DNA from: a virus
Taxonomy: Duplodnaviria > Caudoviricetes
Reading direction: 5' to 3' (one strand)
Virus record (IMG/VR): IMGVR_UViG_3300028833_000118
Span: 25,388-89,387 of that record
Length of the DNA stretch: 64,000 nucleotides
The translations under genes and the position numbers were made by a program. A model generated the notes under the pieces. The model was not told the DNA's origin. It saw nothing but the letters and a program-made list of their open reading frames with translations, and did not search any database. This document shows, piece after piece, positions 17,763-27,881 of this stretch; the first letter of the stretch is position 1, and each line of letters opens with the position of its first letter.

Positions 17763-18199
17763 TTCCCCTCCAACAATTCCGGGTTATCATACACATTCCC
17801 GATCACCTCAATCTGGTTATCATTCAACAGATACATATGCGCCGCCGTTGAACTTCCGCCACCGAACCCACAATTGAACGCTCCGAAACTGAAAACTACT
17901 CTTTCCGGCGTTTTCCCATGATATGTGCGTTTAAGAACAATATCCCCTTCAAAGATCTTTTTCCCCTTCTTGTCGATCATTCCAGACCATTCACCAACCG
18001 TTTCCGGATCAACATGAATACCCATTATCCCTCTTGGCATATTCCAATCTGAAAACTCATCTTGAATGATTACATGTTCAATGTCCTCATCTTTGACACC
18101 ATATCCGACGGGAGACGGAGTTCTGTTGATATGCTTGAAATATGATCCATAAATCCATCTCCCATGATTATTTTTCGCTCTAAAAAGAATCTCTCTCAT
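17759..18199 (-). CDS. YopX family protein
   Basis: MREILFRAK...VDPETVGEW...KIFEGDIV...EVIGNVYDNPELL. Confidence 0.9.
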   Translation of the reverse strand: MREILFRAKNNHGRWIYGSYFKHINRTPSPVGYGVKDEDIEHVIIQDEFSDWNMPRGIMGIHVDPETVGEWSGMIDKKGKKIFEGDIVLKRTYHGKTPERVVFSFGAFNCGFGGGSSTAAHMYLLNDNQIEVIGNVYDNPELLEGK

Positions 18200-18407
18200 C
18201 TTTTTCCTCCAACAGATTTCTCAATCTCTGGATCTCATTCTGCATCCCGATCAAATCACTCATCCGTATCGTCACATAATCGCTCTTGATACATCCGGTG
18301 GTCTTACAATAACCAAGATCTGTCTTATTATCGCACACTACCGGGCAAGGCCCGATTCCTGTGACCCTCTGCATCCTTTGGGCCTCCCACCAATCCGCTA
18401 TCTTCAT
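18180..18407 (-). CDS. Hypothetical protein
   Basis: Tiles; Cys-rich. Confidence 0.65.
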   Translation of the reverse strand: MKIADWWEAQRMQRVTGIGPCPVVCDNKTDLGYCKTTGCIKSDYVTIRMSDLIGMQNEIQRLRNLLEEKDERDSF

Positions 18408-19087
18408 TCTTCCTCTACCAGGCCAACATAATCGCTATCTTTATAATTCTTCATCCAATCCACCAGAATCAACCCCGCCACATACGGATCAAGATCGAAT
18501 TCCCTTTCAAGATACGGTCTCGCTCCATACATATTTGTCTCTCCAGACCGACGCAACTTTTCAAGATAGATCCAATAATCATTGTTCGTCATCTTTACCT
18601 CCGCAGGACTTTTGATATACGAAACCCATTTCTCCAAACACTCGTCTTTCCCGATCTGCCGACCATCGCACTCAAATGTCATCGGGCAGAGGAAACAAGG
18701 GACATATGTACTACAATAACCCGCCAACCCTTCATCCGACTCAGAACGGATTTTGTCGCCCCACGTCATCGGCTGATAATCCTCACATTCTGTTATTCTG
18801 TGGTCGTACCCATAACAAGACTTATCGGCACAGTTCATACAAAGATCGCTCTTCATTTCTTTGATTTTAAACCTTTCTTTTGGGTTATAATCATTTTCCC
18901 CTTTGGTATCGAAAACCATAATCTTTTCTTCCTCATCCTCCGGGTGCTTGTCTCTCATCTTATGCTTTCGATTATTCACACACCATTCACACGATCCATG
19001 GTTACGGCAAGTGCCATCTATGGCTTTACTTCCACGATAAGGTTTTCTCTTTTCCTTTCCATGCTCAATCGCTTTATCGAGGCTCAT
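18404..19087 (-). CDS. Multi-module hypothetical protein
   Basis: Start refined to MSLDKAIE (ATGA overlap). Confidence 0.7.
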   Translation of the reverse strand: MSLDKAIEHGKEKRKPYRGSKAIDGTCRNHGSCEWCVNNRKHKMRDKHPEDEEEKIMVFDTKGENDYNPKERFKIKEMKSDLCMNCADKSCYGYDHRITECEDYQPMTWGDKIRSESDEGLAGYCSTYVPCFLCPMTFECDGRQIGKDECLEKWVSYIKSPAEVKMTNNDYWIYLEKLRRSGETNMYGARPYLEREFDLDPYVAGLILVDWMKNYKDSDYVGLVEEE

Positions 19088-19413
19088 TCTTCCTCCTCCA
19101 CCGGCTCCACCGGGCTTTTGAGCCAATAAAGCCAACACTGCCACGGAGTACAAGTTTCGTTTTCCCTGACACCCTCAGGGCAATCTCCCACTGTCGGACA
19201 ATCCCCATTGGAAATCTCATTGATGTATTTTGCCAATTCCTCCACGCTCATTGCCTTGATTCCGTCGAAATGGGTCATGGACTTTAGGCCTTTCTTCTGC
19301 GTGTACATGGGGCAAGACAATCCATCGCATTTAAGATACCCAGCCTCGCAAGTCGCTTTTCCGACAAAACCAGTCCACAAATTGTGGACGCAATCAAAGT
19401 ATTCTTTGTTCAT
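19084..19413 (-). CDS. Hypothetical protein
   Basis: Tiles. Confidence 0.7.
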   Translation of the reverse strand: MNKEYFDCVHNLWTGFVGKATCEAGYLKCDGLSCPMYTQKKGLKSMTHFDGIKAMSVEELAKYINEISNGDCPTVGDCPEGVRENETCTPWQCWLYWLKSPVEPVEEEE

Positions 19414-19721
19414 CTCTTTCCCTCCTGGTCTGACGGGATAATGGTTGGAGCAAGGATTATTGACCTCAAAACGCTTCTGTAACTTGCTCCGACTACTCCA
19501 TCCGGACGCCCTAACTGACTGTAATAATCTTCATTGTCGGCAAGTGCCTTATCCGCATCAATCAATCTCCCATGCTCCGAGACTTCACTTATTGGGCACT
19601 CTGGATGGACGATATGCGCTGGGAGATCAACTTGTCTCCATAACTGACACCAATTACGGATTTTGCACGGAGCACACCCTGTTGGTTTATAAAACGCATC
19701 CCCCTTGATGTATATGCTCAT
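19410..19721 (-). CDS. Hypothetical protein (HGRLID family)
   Basis: MSIYIKG...EHGRLIDAD. Confidence 0.75.
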   Translation of the reverse strand: MSIYIKGDAFYKPTGCAPCKIRNWCQLWRQVDLPAHIVHPECPISEVSEHGRLIDADKALADNEDYYSQLGRPDGVVGASYRSVLRSIILAPTIIPSDQEGKR

Positions 19722-19957
19722 TCTGTTTTCTCCCGGAACGAATTATAAAATTCCTCCAATTCTGTGAAATCTTCATCTGAAAGTCCAAATACTTCAAAAT
19801 ACGAATAAAAATAACAAATGTCTATCGTAAGACCCGCATCATCATAAACTGTAACCATCGGGTCTCCTACCCAATTACGGCAATCGAATATTCCACAATC
19901 CGCCTCCTCAAAATGCTCTTCTATGACCCTCTTTGCAATTTCAAGATTTGTTTTCAT
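19718..19957 (-). CDS. Hypothetical protein
   Basis: Tiles. Confidence 0.7.
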   Translation of the reverse strand: MKTNLEIAKRVIEEHFEEADCGIFDCRNWVGDPMVTVYDDAGLTIDICYFYSYFEVFGLSDEDFTELEEFYNSFREKTE

Positions 19958-20160
19958 TCTGTTTCCTCCTTTACACTATCCCAAATATCGCATTGCAAAA
20001 TGATTTCTTTTGCCCATCCTCGGATAAGGATTCTGCGTGAGTCACCATGACCATCTTCTGCATAACGGTTAATCGCTCCCGCCAATTCAGCAATTCTTTG
20101 TACGGCGCAAAGCCACCCCGGTTTTGCGCCTATTGGCGTTACCAATTCGTTGTTACTCAT
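19954..20160 (-). CDS. Hypothetical protein
   Basis: Tiles. Confidence 0.65.
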   Translation of the reverse strand: MSNNELVTPIGAKPGWLCAVQRIAELAGAINRYAEDGHGDSRRILIRGWAKEIILQCDIWDSVKEETE

Positions 20161-20305
20161 CCCTCTCCCTCCCCTGCCTCTCTGAGCGCTCTGTCAATCG
20201 CATCATAGCATATTTGAATTATTTGTTTGAACTCCATATCAGAAAACAAATCGCTTTTAACACAAACATCCACCGCTTCAATAAGTTCTCTTTTTTCGAC
20301 TATTG

Positions 20306-20644
20306 TCATTTCTCTTCCTCCTTATCTGTCGTGCTTGCCGGGATGATGGTTGGAGTGTCTTCTACAAATGCAGCGGCTGCAACGTGCCAATTGAATCTTC
20401 GAATCCCGACTCTTCCTAACAGCTTCAAGCTTCTGTGCTCGGTACAGAACTCATCCGCATCAATCAGCCGTCCGTGGTCGGGGACAGGGATAACCTCACA
20501 CACCCAATGGTTACTATCAACCATAATATGTAGTTTTGATTTCCCATCGGGGTAAACCATCCAAAACCCGTGGACATTATAAGTTTCGGATGTTTTGAAA
20601 TGACATACTGGCATCTCCATACCGGGAATATAGATACCGCTCAC
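20306..20644 (-). CDS. Hypothetical protein (HGRLID family)
   Basis: Start refined to GTG: MSGIYIPGMEMP...VPDHGRLIDAD. Confidence 0.7.
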   Translation of the reverse strand: MSGIYIPGMEMPVCHFKTSETYNVHGFWMVYPDGKSKLHIMVDSNHWVCEVIPVPDHGRLIDADEFCTEHRSLKLLGRVGIRRFNWHVAAAAFVEDTPTIIPASTTDKEEEK

Positions 20645-20887
20645 TTGCTTTTCCTCCCCATATAAATACCAAGAATAAATATTCCAACAGCCCACATTCC
20701 AATAAAAACGGAAAATGTGATTCCACTCATCCTACTTCCTCCTTCGGCACTTTCTTGCGCTGCTTATCGAACCGCATTGCTTTTCTGATAATTTGCTCCA
20801 TGTGTTCACATCGTTCACCACGGTCAACGGTATAGTTGTATTCCTTGCAATAACAGATGAACGGGCAATCCAATGATACGCAAGTTG

Positions 20888-21346
20888 TCATGCTTCCTCC
20901 TTTGGCGGTGTAGGTAGTGGCATATAGTGCGTTACATCCGGCTCATGCTTTCCATCCACATGAAAGTACGGCACGTTGTCAAACTTGTCTGTCGTGTAGT
21001 CAGCGACTTCATAATAACCATTTGCAAAAACAAGATAGCCATTATATCCATCATCTCCGACTTTAAGTGTCGGCTCCTCCGCCACGGGTATCCACTTCGG
21101 TTTATAGTCTCGCCGTCCCGCCCAATAACCGACATCGTATCCCTCATTGTGGGCATCATTCACAGCATCGAGTGTTTTTTGAAGTTCCTCTATGGCATCG
21201 GCGGCTTCGCTCACGCAATCCCAACACTCCTGTATCATCTCATCAGAGACCAAACCATTATAATCTCTCAGCGCCTTACAGCGCTTCACTAATTCCTCAT
21301 ACATCAAATCCACCTTTTCTCTCTCCAGAAATAACGGCAGGCTCAT
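20888..21346 (-). CDS. DUF551-like domain protein
   Basis: KWIPVAE...VTHYMPLPTPP. Confidence 0.75.
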   Translation of the reverse strand: MSLPLFLEREKVDLMYEELVKRCKALRDYNGLVSDEMIQECWDCVSEAADAIEELQKTLDAVNDAHNEGYDVGYWAGRRDYKPKWIPVAEEPTLKVGDDGYNGYLVFANGYYEVADYTTDKFDNVPYFHVDGKHEPDVTHYMPLPTPPKEEA

Positions 21347-21620
21347 CTTCGATCATCATTCTCGAAAAACCACTGTCGGAATAACCTCCACCATACGTTT
21401 CGCAAACATCCTCTGTTTTCTTTAACAGAACATCCCGATCTATCAGATCGCCATGATCCGGGACAGAAACGGCCTCTTTCCAATCAGTAAGGCCACCCGC
21501 TCGGTAGTGGTATAGCCTCGCATACATCTTTCCATCAATACCACAGGCGAATTCAATAGATAGTCCCGGTTCAATTGCCTCCTTGCTCGGAAGATCCAGA
21601 TCCTTGATATACAATCCCAT
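21297..21620 (-). CDS. Hypothetical protein (HGRLID family)
   Basis: MGLYIKDLDLP...VPDHGDLIDRD. Confidence 0.75.
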   Translation of the reverse strand: MGLYIKDLDLPSKEAIEPGLSIEFACGIDGKMYARLYHYRAGGLTDWKEAVSVPDHGDLIDRDVLLKKTEDVCETYGGGYSDSGFSRMMIEDEPAVISGERKGGFDV

Positions 21621-21794
21621 CTTCTCTCCCCCATTACCACAGACCTTGAATGTGCGTCACAACTCCTGTAACGCCTGCAGCCATAATTGCAAAATTCCAC
21701 CAAGGAACATACTGGCCCCGAACCCCCTTCATGATATTAAGAGGCACATACCAGATAGACACGAACAACACAAGAACATACAACCAGATCATCT

Positions 21795-22055
21795 TCACTT
21801 CACCTCACTCTTTAACCATTTCAGGAGTGCATGAGCCTTTCCCTCATATTCGGGGAGCCACCCGGCTATATCGCTCAGATATTCGGCAAATTCCTCCACA
21901 TTCATACTCTTTATCTCATCAAAACGTGTCTTTGGCTTTGGAATTTCTTTTCTTCCAGAACACGCCGTAACAGCCGTTCCTCTGCGAGCCGACAACCTTT
22001 CAGACGCACAATCTCCATGCTTGAGGCAACCCAAACAACGGTTTTCCATTAACAT
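21795..22055 (-). CDS. Hypothetical protein
   Basis: Tiles. Confidence 0.65.
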   Translation of the reverse strand: MLMENRCLGCLKHGDCASERLSARRGTAVTACSGRKEIPKPKTRFDEIKSMNVEEFAEYLSDIAGWLPEYEGKAHALLKWLKSEVK

Positions 22056-22067
22056 TAAACACCTCCA

Positions 22068-22862
22068 TTAAAGCCCCGTCTGTTTCGCCACAAAGTTCAT
22101 TTTCTCGCCGGTTTTCTTGTTGATTCCCTTTCCGATTACACGAACATCAAAATCCCAACATTTTTTACCACCAAAAAAGTACGAATAATGTTTCACCTCA
22201 AATTGAACAATCCCCTTGAAATCCTTTATAAGAGCCGTCGTCCACTCTTTCTCAATATGATAATTGAATTCCGGGTTGTATTTCAGAACTTCATCCAGAG
22301 ATACGACAGCCACCATCCCCGCATCTGCACAGAATCTTCCAATAACCTCTTTACTCTCGGCATCGAACACGCTGCATGACCAATCCCCATAAATCGTGTC
22401 CCTCGCCATGTAATGAATCAGCCCGAGCTCTTCAACATCCTCTCCATAATCGCTTCGCCCCCAATCCTCATCTTTGATGAAATAACACGGATCGGTAATG
22501 ATGATATCCCCATCAAACTCCATCGGTTCAGAATCCAGATACCGATCATAGTCCCGGCGATATTCCATCAACTCCTTAATTAACGGCTTCACATCTTTTT
22601 CTGCAACTAACAACTTAAAAGCGAATTCACCCTTCTTTTTATTGTCATCTCCATACATCTCTTTGCGCTTTTCCCACACCTCAGATGTCGGCAAAAAGCA
22701 CATTCCAAACCTTACATTTTCATGCATCGCCTCAAATATGGACTTTAGCTCTTCATCCTCTAAGAAATTTGCTTTTTCCAAACGCTCGCAAATCTCAAAG
22801 ATAACCGCATCTCTTTTTGCTTCCTGCTCTTTTTTCTTTTTCTCTACCCATCTCTTTTTCAT
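22068..22862 (-). CDS. Hypothetical protein
   Basis: Long ORF; IIITDPCY...GRFCADAGMV. Confidence 0.75.
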   Translation of the reverse strand: MKKRWVEKKKKEQEAKRDAVIFEICERLEKANFLEDEELKSIFEAMHENVRFGMCFLPTSEVWEKRKEMYGDDNKKKGEFAFKLLVAEKDVKPLIKELMEYRRDYDRYLDSEPMEFDGDIIITDPCYFIKDEDWGRSDYGEDVEELGLIHYMARDTIYGDWSCSVFDAESKEVIGRFCADAGMVAVVSLDEVLKYNPEFNYHIEKEWTTALIKDFKGIVQFEVKHYSYFFGGKKCWDFDVRVIGKGINKKTGEKMNFVAKQTGL

Positions 22863-22876
22863 TCTTTTTCCCCCCC

Positions 22877-23212
22877 TCAATACCGGTTGTGACAATACAG
22901 AACAATCGAATGAATCGCCCCGGCAATTGCCTCTTCCAACGTGTGATAGTCGGCCCACCGATCCTCACCCACGAACAGAATCACACTATGTCCATGAGGT
23001 TCTACGCAACGAACAATGATCCCGATGTTCTCATCTTCCTCGGCGGTCAGAACGAAATCTTTCTTCTCCCCAAGAAAATCCGTGTAACCCCATCCGAACT
23101 TCGCAGAACTCTTGTTGATCGCTCGAATCCTCCATGCCCAATTCTCATCGTGATTTCTCTCGAACCGGATCGCCTCACGAATCACACCCTTGTAATCCCT
23201 CAGATCAATCAT
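22877..23212 (-). CDS. Hypothetical protein
   Basis: Tiles. Confidence 0.7.
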   Translation of the reverse strand: MIDLRDYKGVIREAIRFERNHDENWAWRIRAINKSSAKFGWGYTDFLGEKKDFVLTAEEDENIGIIVRCVEPHGHSVILFVGEDRWADYHTLEEAIAGAIHSIVLYCHNRY

Positions 23213-23498
23213 CAATCCCGCTCTCCTTCTCAATCCAATCCCAAAGATCATCCTCGAAACAGATATCCCGAAGGACTTTGTAGAGCTTATTCCCCTCTAC
23301 CTTCGTGACCACTCGGTAGAACATATTGATCCTGTTCCGGTTCTCCACACGAACACGGCGGTTTTTCTCCTTCCAAGAGGTGTCCCACACAGGCTTCGGG
23401 CAATCACTCATCGGCCCTCGAACATCCTCATCAAGAGTCTCAAACACGATGCTCAGGCTTCCGACCTGAATCCTTCTGTTCTCTCTCCAGATTTCCAT
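23205..23498 (-). CDS. Hypothetical protein
   Basis: Tiles. Confidence 0.6.
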   Translation of the reverse strand: MEIWRENRRIQVGSLSIVFETLDEDVRGPMSDCPKPVWDTSWKEKNRRVRVENRNRINMFYRVVTKVEGNKLYKVLRDICFEDDLWDWIEKESGIDD

Positions 23499-23584
23499 AT
23501 CGCACCTCCTAAAAGCATCGCTTCTCCGGGGAAGAATTACCCTCCCCACGATCCAAATTATACCCGTTTTTCAATGCTTTTACA

Positions 23585-23610
23585 ATTGACGATATTCACG
23601 TTTTTTCGTG
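23585..23610 (-). promoter_or_regulatory. Motif B (ATTGAC-N6-CACG-N6-CGTG)
   Basis: Same spacing as copies at 38064, 60781 and 62689. Confidence 0.55.
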
Positions 23611-23633
23611 CTCTTTTTTGTGAATTGTTAACG

Positions 23634-24680
23634 TCACACGATCAGCAGGGCCGTTTCATTTACATCTTCGACAAACTCTTCAATCTTCTCCATATCCGGC
23701 GATTTTGGGAGCGACGTATTCTTCTTCGCATACTCCAACCGCTTTTCATACTCATTGACCATATCAAAGAACTCCGGCATATATGTTCCATCCGGATTCA
23801 TATACGCGCCATTTCGGATGCTCATCAACAGATCATGATCTTCCTCCCGGTAGGTCACGATCTCTTCTTTCTCCAGAATATCCAGACACATGAGGTAAAG
23901 GCGAATAAGGTGCATGGCGTGCTTATTAAGATGCGCCTCGTCTTTCTTCTTGTTCCGCCCATTCAACTTCTCATATGTTCCGATCACATTCGTCATATCA
24001 TTTATCATCGAATTAAACTCTCTGGCGGGGAAATGCTTGAGGTTGATATCTGCGAACACCTCCCGATCCAGATAGTCCTTTTCGCTCTCATCTGTAAACA
24101 ACCGAATAGATCCATTCTTGAACGATGTATATTTCTTTTCGAACGCGGCAACCGAATTCTCCATAGACTTCTTCATATACTCTTCTCGCTTACCCTGCGG
24201 AAGTTTGTCCCGCGCTATGGCATTTTCAAGCCGTCTGAGCTGTTGATTCGCATATCCTCCAAACGACGCTACGGCACGCCTCGAAAGAAAGAGCTTTCGG
24301 TTCTCTCTCATCTTCTTTCCGATCACGCTGTCCATGATGTAGTGTTCCGGCTTGCATCCTAACATCTCAATCACATTCGGGTTGCAATTCAAAAGAAGCT
24401 GTACCAACTTATTGAATGAATACACGGTCGTGTCCGTCTCACTATTGACCACCTGTTCGAAATTGGTCAACCCCAGAATGTCCGAACGGCTATTTATCGC
24501 ACATCCTCGAACATCTACATCCGATCCCTCTGCATTCGTCCCATAGGCATGACTTCCACCCAATGTGAGAAAGATGATGCGGCCTTTTAGATGCTCATTC
24601 TCTCTCAGAAAACTATATTTAGGCCCATTTACGAGCTCCTTGATTTCTTCAATCGTCATAACAACCTCCTGATCGGCCAC
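23634..24680 (-). CDS. Pol-beta superfamily nucleotidyltransferase, RlaP/YcgL-like
   Basis: LGGSHAYGTNAEGSDVDVRG, NCNPNVIEML, KHAMHLIRL. Confidence 0.88.
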   Translation of the reverse strand: MADQEVVMTIEEIKELVNGPKYSFLRENEHLKGRIIFLTLGGSHAYGTNAEGSDVDVRGCAINSRSDILGLTNFEQVVNSETDTTVYSFNKLVQLLLNCNPNVIEMLGCKPEHYIMDSVIGKKMRENRKLFLSRRAVASFGGYANQQLRRLENAIARDKLPQGKREEYMKKSMENSVAAFEKKYTSFKNGSIRLFTDESEKDYLDREVFADINLKHFPAREFNSMINDMTNVIGTYEKLNGRNKKKDEAHLNKHAMHLIRLYLMCLDILEKEEIVTYREEDHDLLMSIRNGAYMNPDGTYMPEFFDMVNEYEKRLEYAKKNTSLPKSPDMEKIEEFVEDVNETALLIV

Positions 24681-25237
24681 TCAAACCCAAAATCTTTTCT
24701 CCGGATTTTGCACATCGGCTCCCCATCTTTCCAAAAAACAACACCCTCAATAGGCATCACAGAAAGATAATCCATGATACCATTAAACGTCCTTTCCACG
24801 CTGCACTCCACCCCACCATGCCTCACAAGTGTATCAAAATCCAACCCATACGGATTTCCACGAAAATGCTTTCCGATTGCCTCAAATGTCCAATCTGACA
24901 AATTCTCTCTACGTTCTTTGGCATTATCATACGCTGCCCAAAACCACTTATCTCCGGGCTCTTTTCTATCACACTTGACCCAATGAGGCCAATGCCCCGT
25001 TACCGGGTCGGGCTCGCAACAAGGGATGGCTCCTTCTGGCGGCTTTTTACCATGTTTCGCATCATACCTTTTATAAAACTCTCCATCAATGACAGCACAA
25101 CATGCACCATCGAACTTCACTGTTGCAATTCCTTCACCTTCTAAAACCCATTCCATGCCGGGCGCGACTTTATCAACTATTCCGATAAACTTATTTCCTT
25201 CAAAGATTCTTTCAAACAGAACGGGTAATTTCTTCAC
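24656..25237 (-). CDS. RNA ligase-like protein (DUF5565/RLIG1-like)
   Basis: Motif I ATVKFDG, TFEAIG, motif IV IEGVVF, motif V CKIRRKDF. Confidence 0.72.
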   Translation of the reverse strand: MKKLPVLFERIFEGNKFIGIVDKVAPGMEWVLEGEGIATVKFDGACCAVIDGEFYKRYDAKHGKKPPEGAIPCCEPDPVTGHWPHWVKCDRKEPGDKWFWAAYDNAKERRENLSDWTFEAIGKHFRGNPYGLDFDTLVRHGGVECSVERTFNGIMDYLSVMPIEGVVFWKDGEPMCKIRRKDFGFEWPIRRLL

Positions 25238-25859
25238 GCTCTTCCTCCATCAGACCGCCAAACCGATTGTAGATCCGATCCACTTTCTGACTCAATTTCT
25301 TTCCAAGATAATCGACCTTCGCACGATCCCAAACCCTCTTGTTCGGGTCGATACCATAACCATAGACCACATTATAATGGTCTCCCTTATATGTCATCGA
25401 AAAGAGGAAAACCCTCTTCCCGATCTTCTTCGCATGAACATCAACGTCTGCATACTTTTTTCTCAGAGAACGCCACTTATCTTCCCAAACACTATCAATC
25501 TTTTCTCCGTCGACCACTACCAGAAAATGCGTTTTATAGAAACAGACGGTCAGGTGCTTATCTCCGATATAAGCATAATAATTCCCATCTAACTTTCCCG
25601 AATATCCGCCAAGTTCTTTACCCCGGCAATCCGCAATAGCATAATCCCACACATCAGGGATAGGAGGATTATTGTACTTGTACAACGCTCTCCGACACAC
25701 GCCACAATCCGATCTTCCATCGTAGAGGCAATCACAATCCTCATACTTTAATCTCGGCACATCTACCCATCCGACCGCCTCTTGCATATCCATGAAAAGC
25801 TCACTATTTACATGAGCTCCATTCTTGAAAACCACAGCGCCATAATCAATAGCCGCCAT
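25212..25859 (-). CDS. Hypothetical protein
   Basis: MAAIDYGAVVFKNG; tiles. Confidence 0.8.
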   Translation of the reverse strand: MAAIDYGAVVFKNGAHVNSELFMDMQEAVGWVDVPRLKYEDCDCLYDGRSDCGVCRRALYKYNNPPIPDVWDYAIADCRGKELGGYSGKLDGNYYAYIGDKHLTVCFYKTHFLVVVDGEKIDSVWEDKWRSLRKKYADVDVHAKKIGKRVFLFSMTYKGDHYNVVYGYGIDPNKRVWDRAKVDYLGKKLSQKVDRIYNRFGGLMEEEREEITRSV

Positions 25860-25871
25860 CTTTACTCCCCC

Positions 25872-26234
25872 TTAAAACAATGACACTTGCCCATATTCTT
25901 CTACCTCATAGCCGCCCAGATGCTTCATGTTCTGGTCAAACCATTCCTTAAACGATTCCCAATTCTCGAACATTTCTTTTTTCTCGGTACAGAACCCTCG
26001 ACCGCTATAATCGCCTTTCCCCCAATGATCTTCCTGAAACCCTATCAGATAATCTTTGCCGTGCCAGACCTCATCTGCCAGACTTTTATCCACGAACCGA
26101 CCATCTATCCTTACCGAAAAAACTCTCCCGCCAGACTTGATTTCAGACTTAAAATCGAATGCCTCTTCCTTGTCTGCACGATCCTTCATTTTCTCAAAAT
26201 CCGCGGGCTTTACCCAGCTTCTTATGTTTGCCAT
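25872..26234 (-). CDS. Hypothetical protein
   Basis: Tiles. Confidence 0.7.
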   Translation of the reverse strand: MANIRSWVKPADFEKMKDRADKEEAFDFKSEIKSGGRVFSVRIDGRFVDKSLADEVWHGKDYLIGFQEDHWGKGDYSGRGFCTEKKEMFENWESFKEWFDQNMKHLGGYEVEEYGQVSLF

Positions 26235-26235
26235 A

Positions 26236-26787
26236 TCAAGAATGAAACTCGAATTTCACGAGCCACTTTACCGTTCCGCTATGCTTTTCCTGCTCTTCTT
26301 TGATCTTCTCTATGATTTTCATCTGCTTATTGTGATACCCTTCAAGAGCCTTTTTCGTTGTTTCCGACCTCAGATCATTCCGGCACAGCGGACAACATTC
26401 TCCAACAATCAGATTTCTTTTCAATCTCGAACCGCACTTCTGGCACCCGATATATTCTGCCTTGAGGTTCTTGATAGAATGCTCACTCTCATACTTAGAG
26501 ATCTTCAAGACCGTTTCCGAAAACCGTTTCTGCAGATCCTCTATCTTTTTCGTCACGACTTGGCTATTATCGAAATACCTTACCGCATGATCGTCATACC
26601 ACCCTCTGTCGTGTTCCTGAATCCACTTTTCGGCCTCATCCCTATTCTTTAACGGTTGTACCTCATCATGCCACTTGATTGGGCCACTATACCCGTCTCC
26701 CTCTCTTTCGGCATAACCTTCGACCTCGGCCATTACCATACCCCGGTCGCATTCCTCTTCATAACTCCAATACTGAATGTTGTGCAT
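26236..26787 (-). CDS. Hypothetical Zn-ribbon/coiled-coil protein
   Basis: CQKCGS...CCPLC. Confidence 0.75.
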   Translation of the reverse strand: MHNIQYWSYEEECDRGMVMAEVEGYAEREGDGYSGPIKWHDEVQPLKNRDEAEKWIQEHDRGWYDDHAVRYFDNSQVVTKKIEDLQKRFSETVLKISKYESEHSIKNLKAEYIGCQKCGSRLKRNLIVGECCPLCRNDLRSETTKKALEGYHNKQMKIIEKIKEEQEKHSGTVKWLVKFEFHS

Positions 26788-27199
26788 CCTCTTTCCCCTT
26801 ACCGAACACCACATCAAAGATTCCTTTTTCATTCAACGTCGGAAAGAACCCTCTGAGGTATTCCTGATACTCTTTTGAGGTCTCCCGAATCTTCCCACCC
26901 ATGATTTTGTCAAAATCCTCTCTCCACTTCTCAGGGACTCTAAAGACATACGTTGCATAGGTACTATCGAAATCATCGTCATAGCTGGTCACGAAATTCG
27001 GGTCTTTATAAAGTTCCTCTTCCCCATATCCGCAACCCCGGTTCCCACCGCCGACGCGGGTGTAGATTTCAATTTCCTCTCCGCTTTCCGACACGAAGCA
27101 ATCCCGAAACCGGGGCCACTCATCCTGCTTTCTCCCGAGCATAGGCATGATAAACACACACGCCGGGTTAAACCCATTCACCATGTTATACAGACTCAT
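26759..27199 (-). CDS. Hypothetical protein
   Basis: RFRDCF...YTRVGGGNR...DFDSTYA. Confidence 0.8.
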   Translation of the reverse strand: MSLYNMVNGFNPACVFIMPMLGRKQDEWPRFRDCFVSESGEEIEIYTRVGGGNRGCGYGEEELYKDPNFVTSYDDDFDSTYATYVFRVPEKWREDFDKIMGGKIRETSKEYQEYLRGFFPTLNEKGIFDVVFGKGKEDAQHSVLEL

Positions 27200-27207
27200 A
27201 TTTCACC

Positions 27208-27879
27208 TCACCAAGAACTACTGTAATAAATCATTTCTTTCTCAAAATCCGTCTCTTTGAGAATCTTCGTCATCACCTCATAGGTGTACTTGATATCCTC
27301 CATATACCACTCATCATACTCTGTGCTTCCAAAGAAATATCCATCCTCACACGGCAGATATTTCTCGCAGATCTCTTTGTTGAGAACATACCTCCCATTT
27401 TCCCAATTCCAGATCTTCTCGCCGTTCTCACCGATCTTATATCCATTCTTTACCTTCCCATCTACCAGAACGGCGCTTTCCAGAATCTTCTCGCAACGGT
27501 TAATCAGATCTTTGATCTTTTCCTCCGTTACCTCATCATGATATTCGCAATCATCCACACCATCCTGCACAGTGTCCACAAACCACTTATGAATCTCATT
27601 CGCCTTGCGCCAATACGCAATGCTGTCATAATTTGCCATATGAGGCCACCGATGCTTTTTATCCCACACATAATATCGGATAGAACACATACCCTTCATC
27701 TTCTCGAAATCCTTGCCCTTCGGCAAATCTTCCTCTTCAACGCCACACCATTTGGTGAAGGTATGCCCCCTTGCCTTATCATCCTGCTCCCAATCGGCAT
27801 ATTCGCTGACATTGCAAAAATCCTTCGGCCCATAATGCTTATACCGAGGAAACCGCTCCAGATACATATCAAGCCCCAT
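27208..27879 (-). CDS. Hypothetical protein (MGLD...YWRKAN type)
   Basis: MGLDMYL, YWRKANEIHKWF, FFGSTEYD, ends YYSSSW. Confidence 0.8.
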   Translation of the reverse strand: MGLDMYLERFPRYKHYGPKDFCNVSEYADWEQDDKARGHTFTKWCGVEEEDLPKGKDFEKMKGMCSIRYYVWDKKHRWPHMANYDSIAYWRKANEIHKWFVDTVQDGVDDCEYHDEVTEEKIKDLINRCEKILESAVLVDGKVKNGYKIGENGEKIWNWENGRYVLNKEICEKYLPCEDGYFFGSTEYDEWYMEDIKYTYEVMTKILKETDFEKEMIYYSSSW

Positions 27880-27881
27880 TG

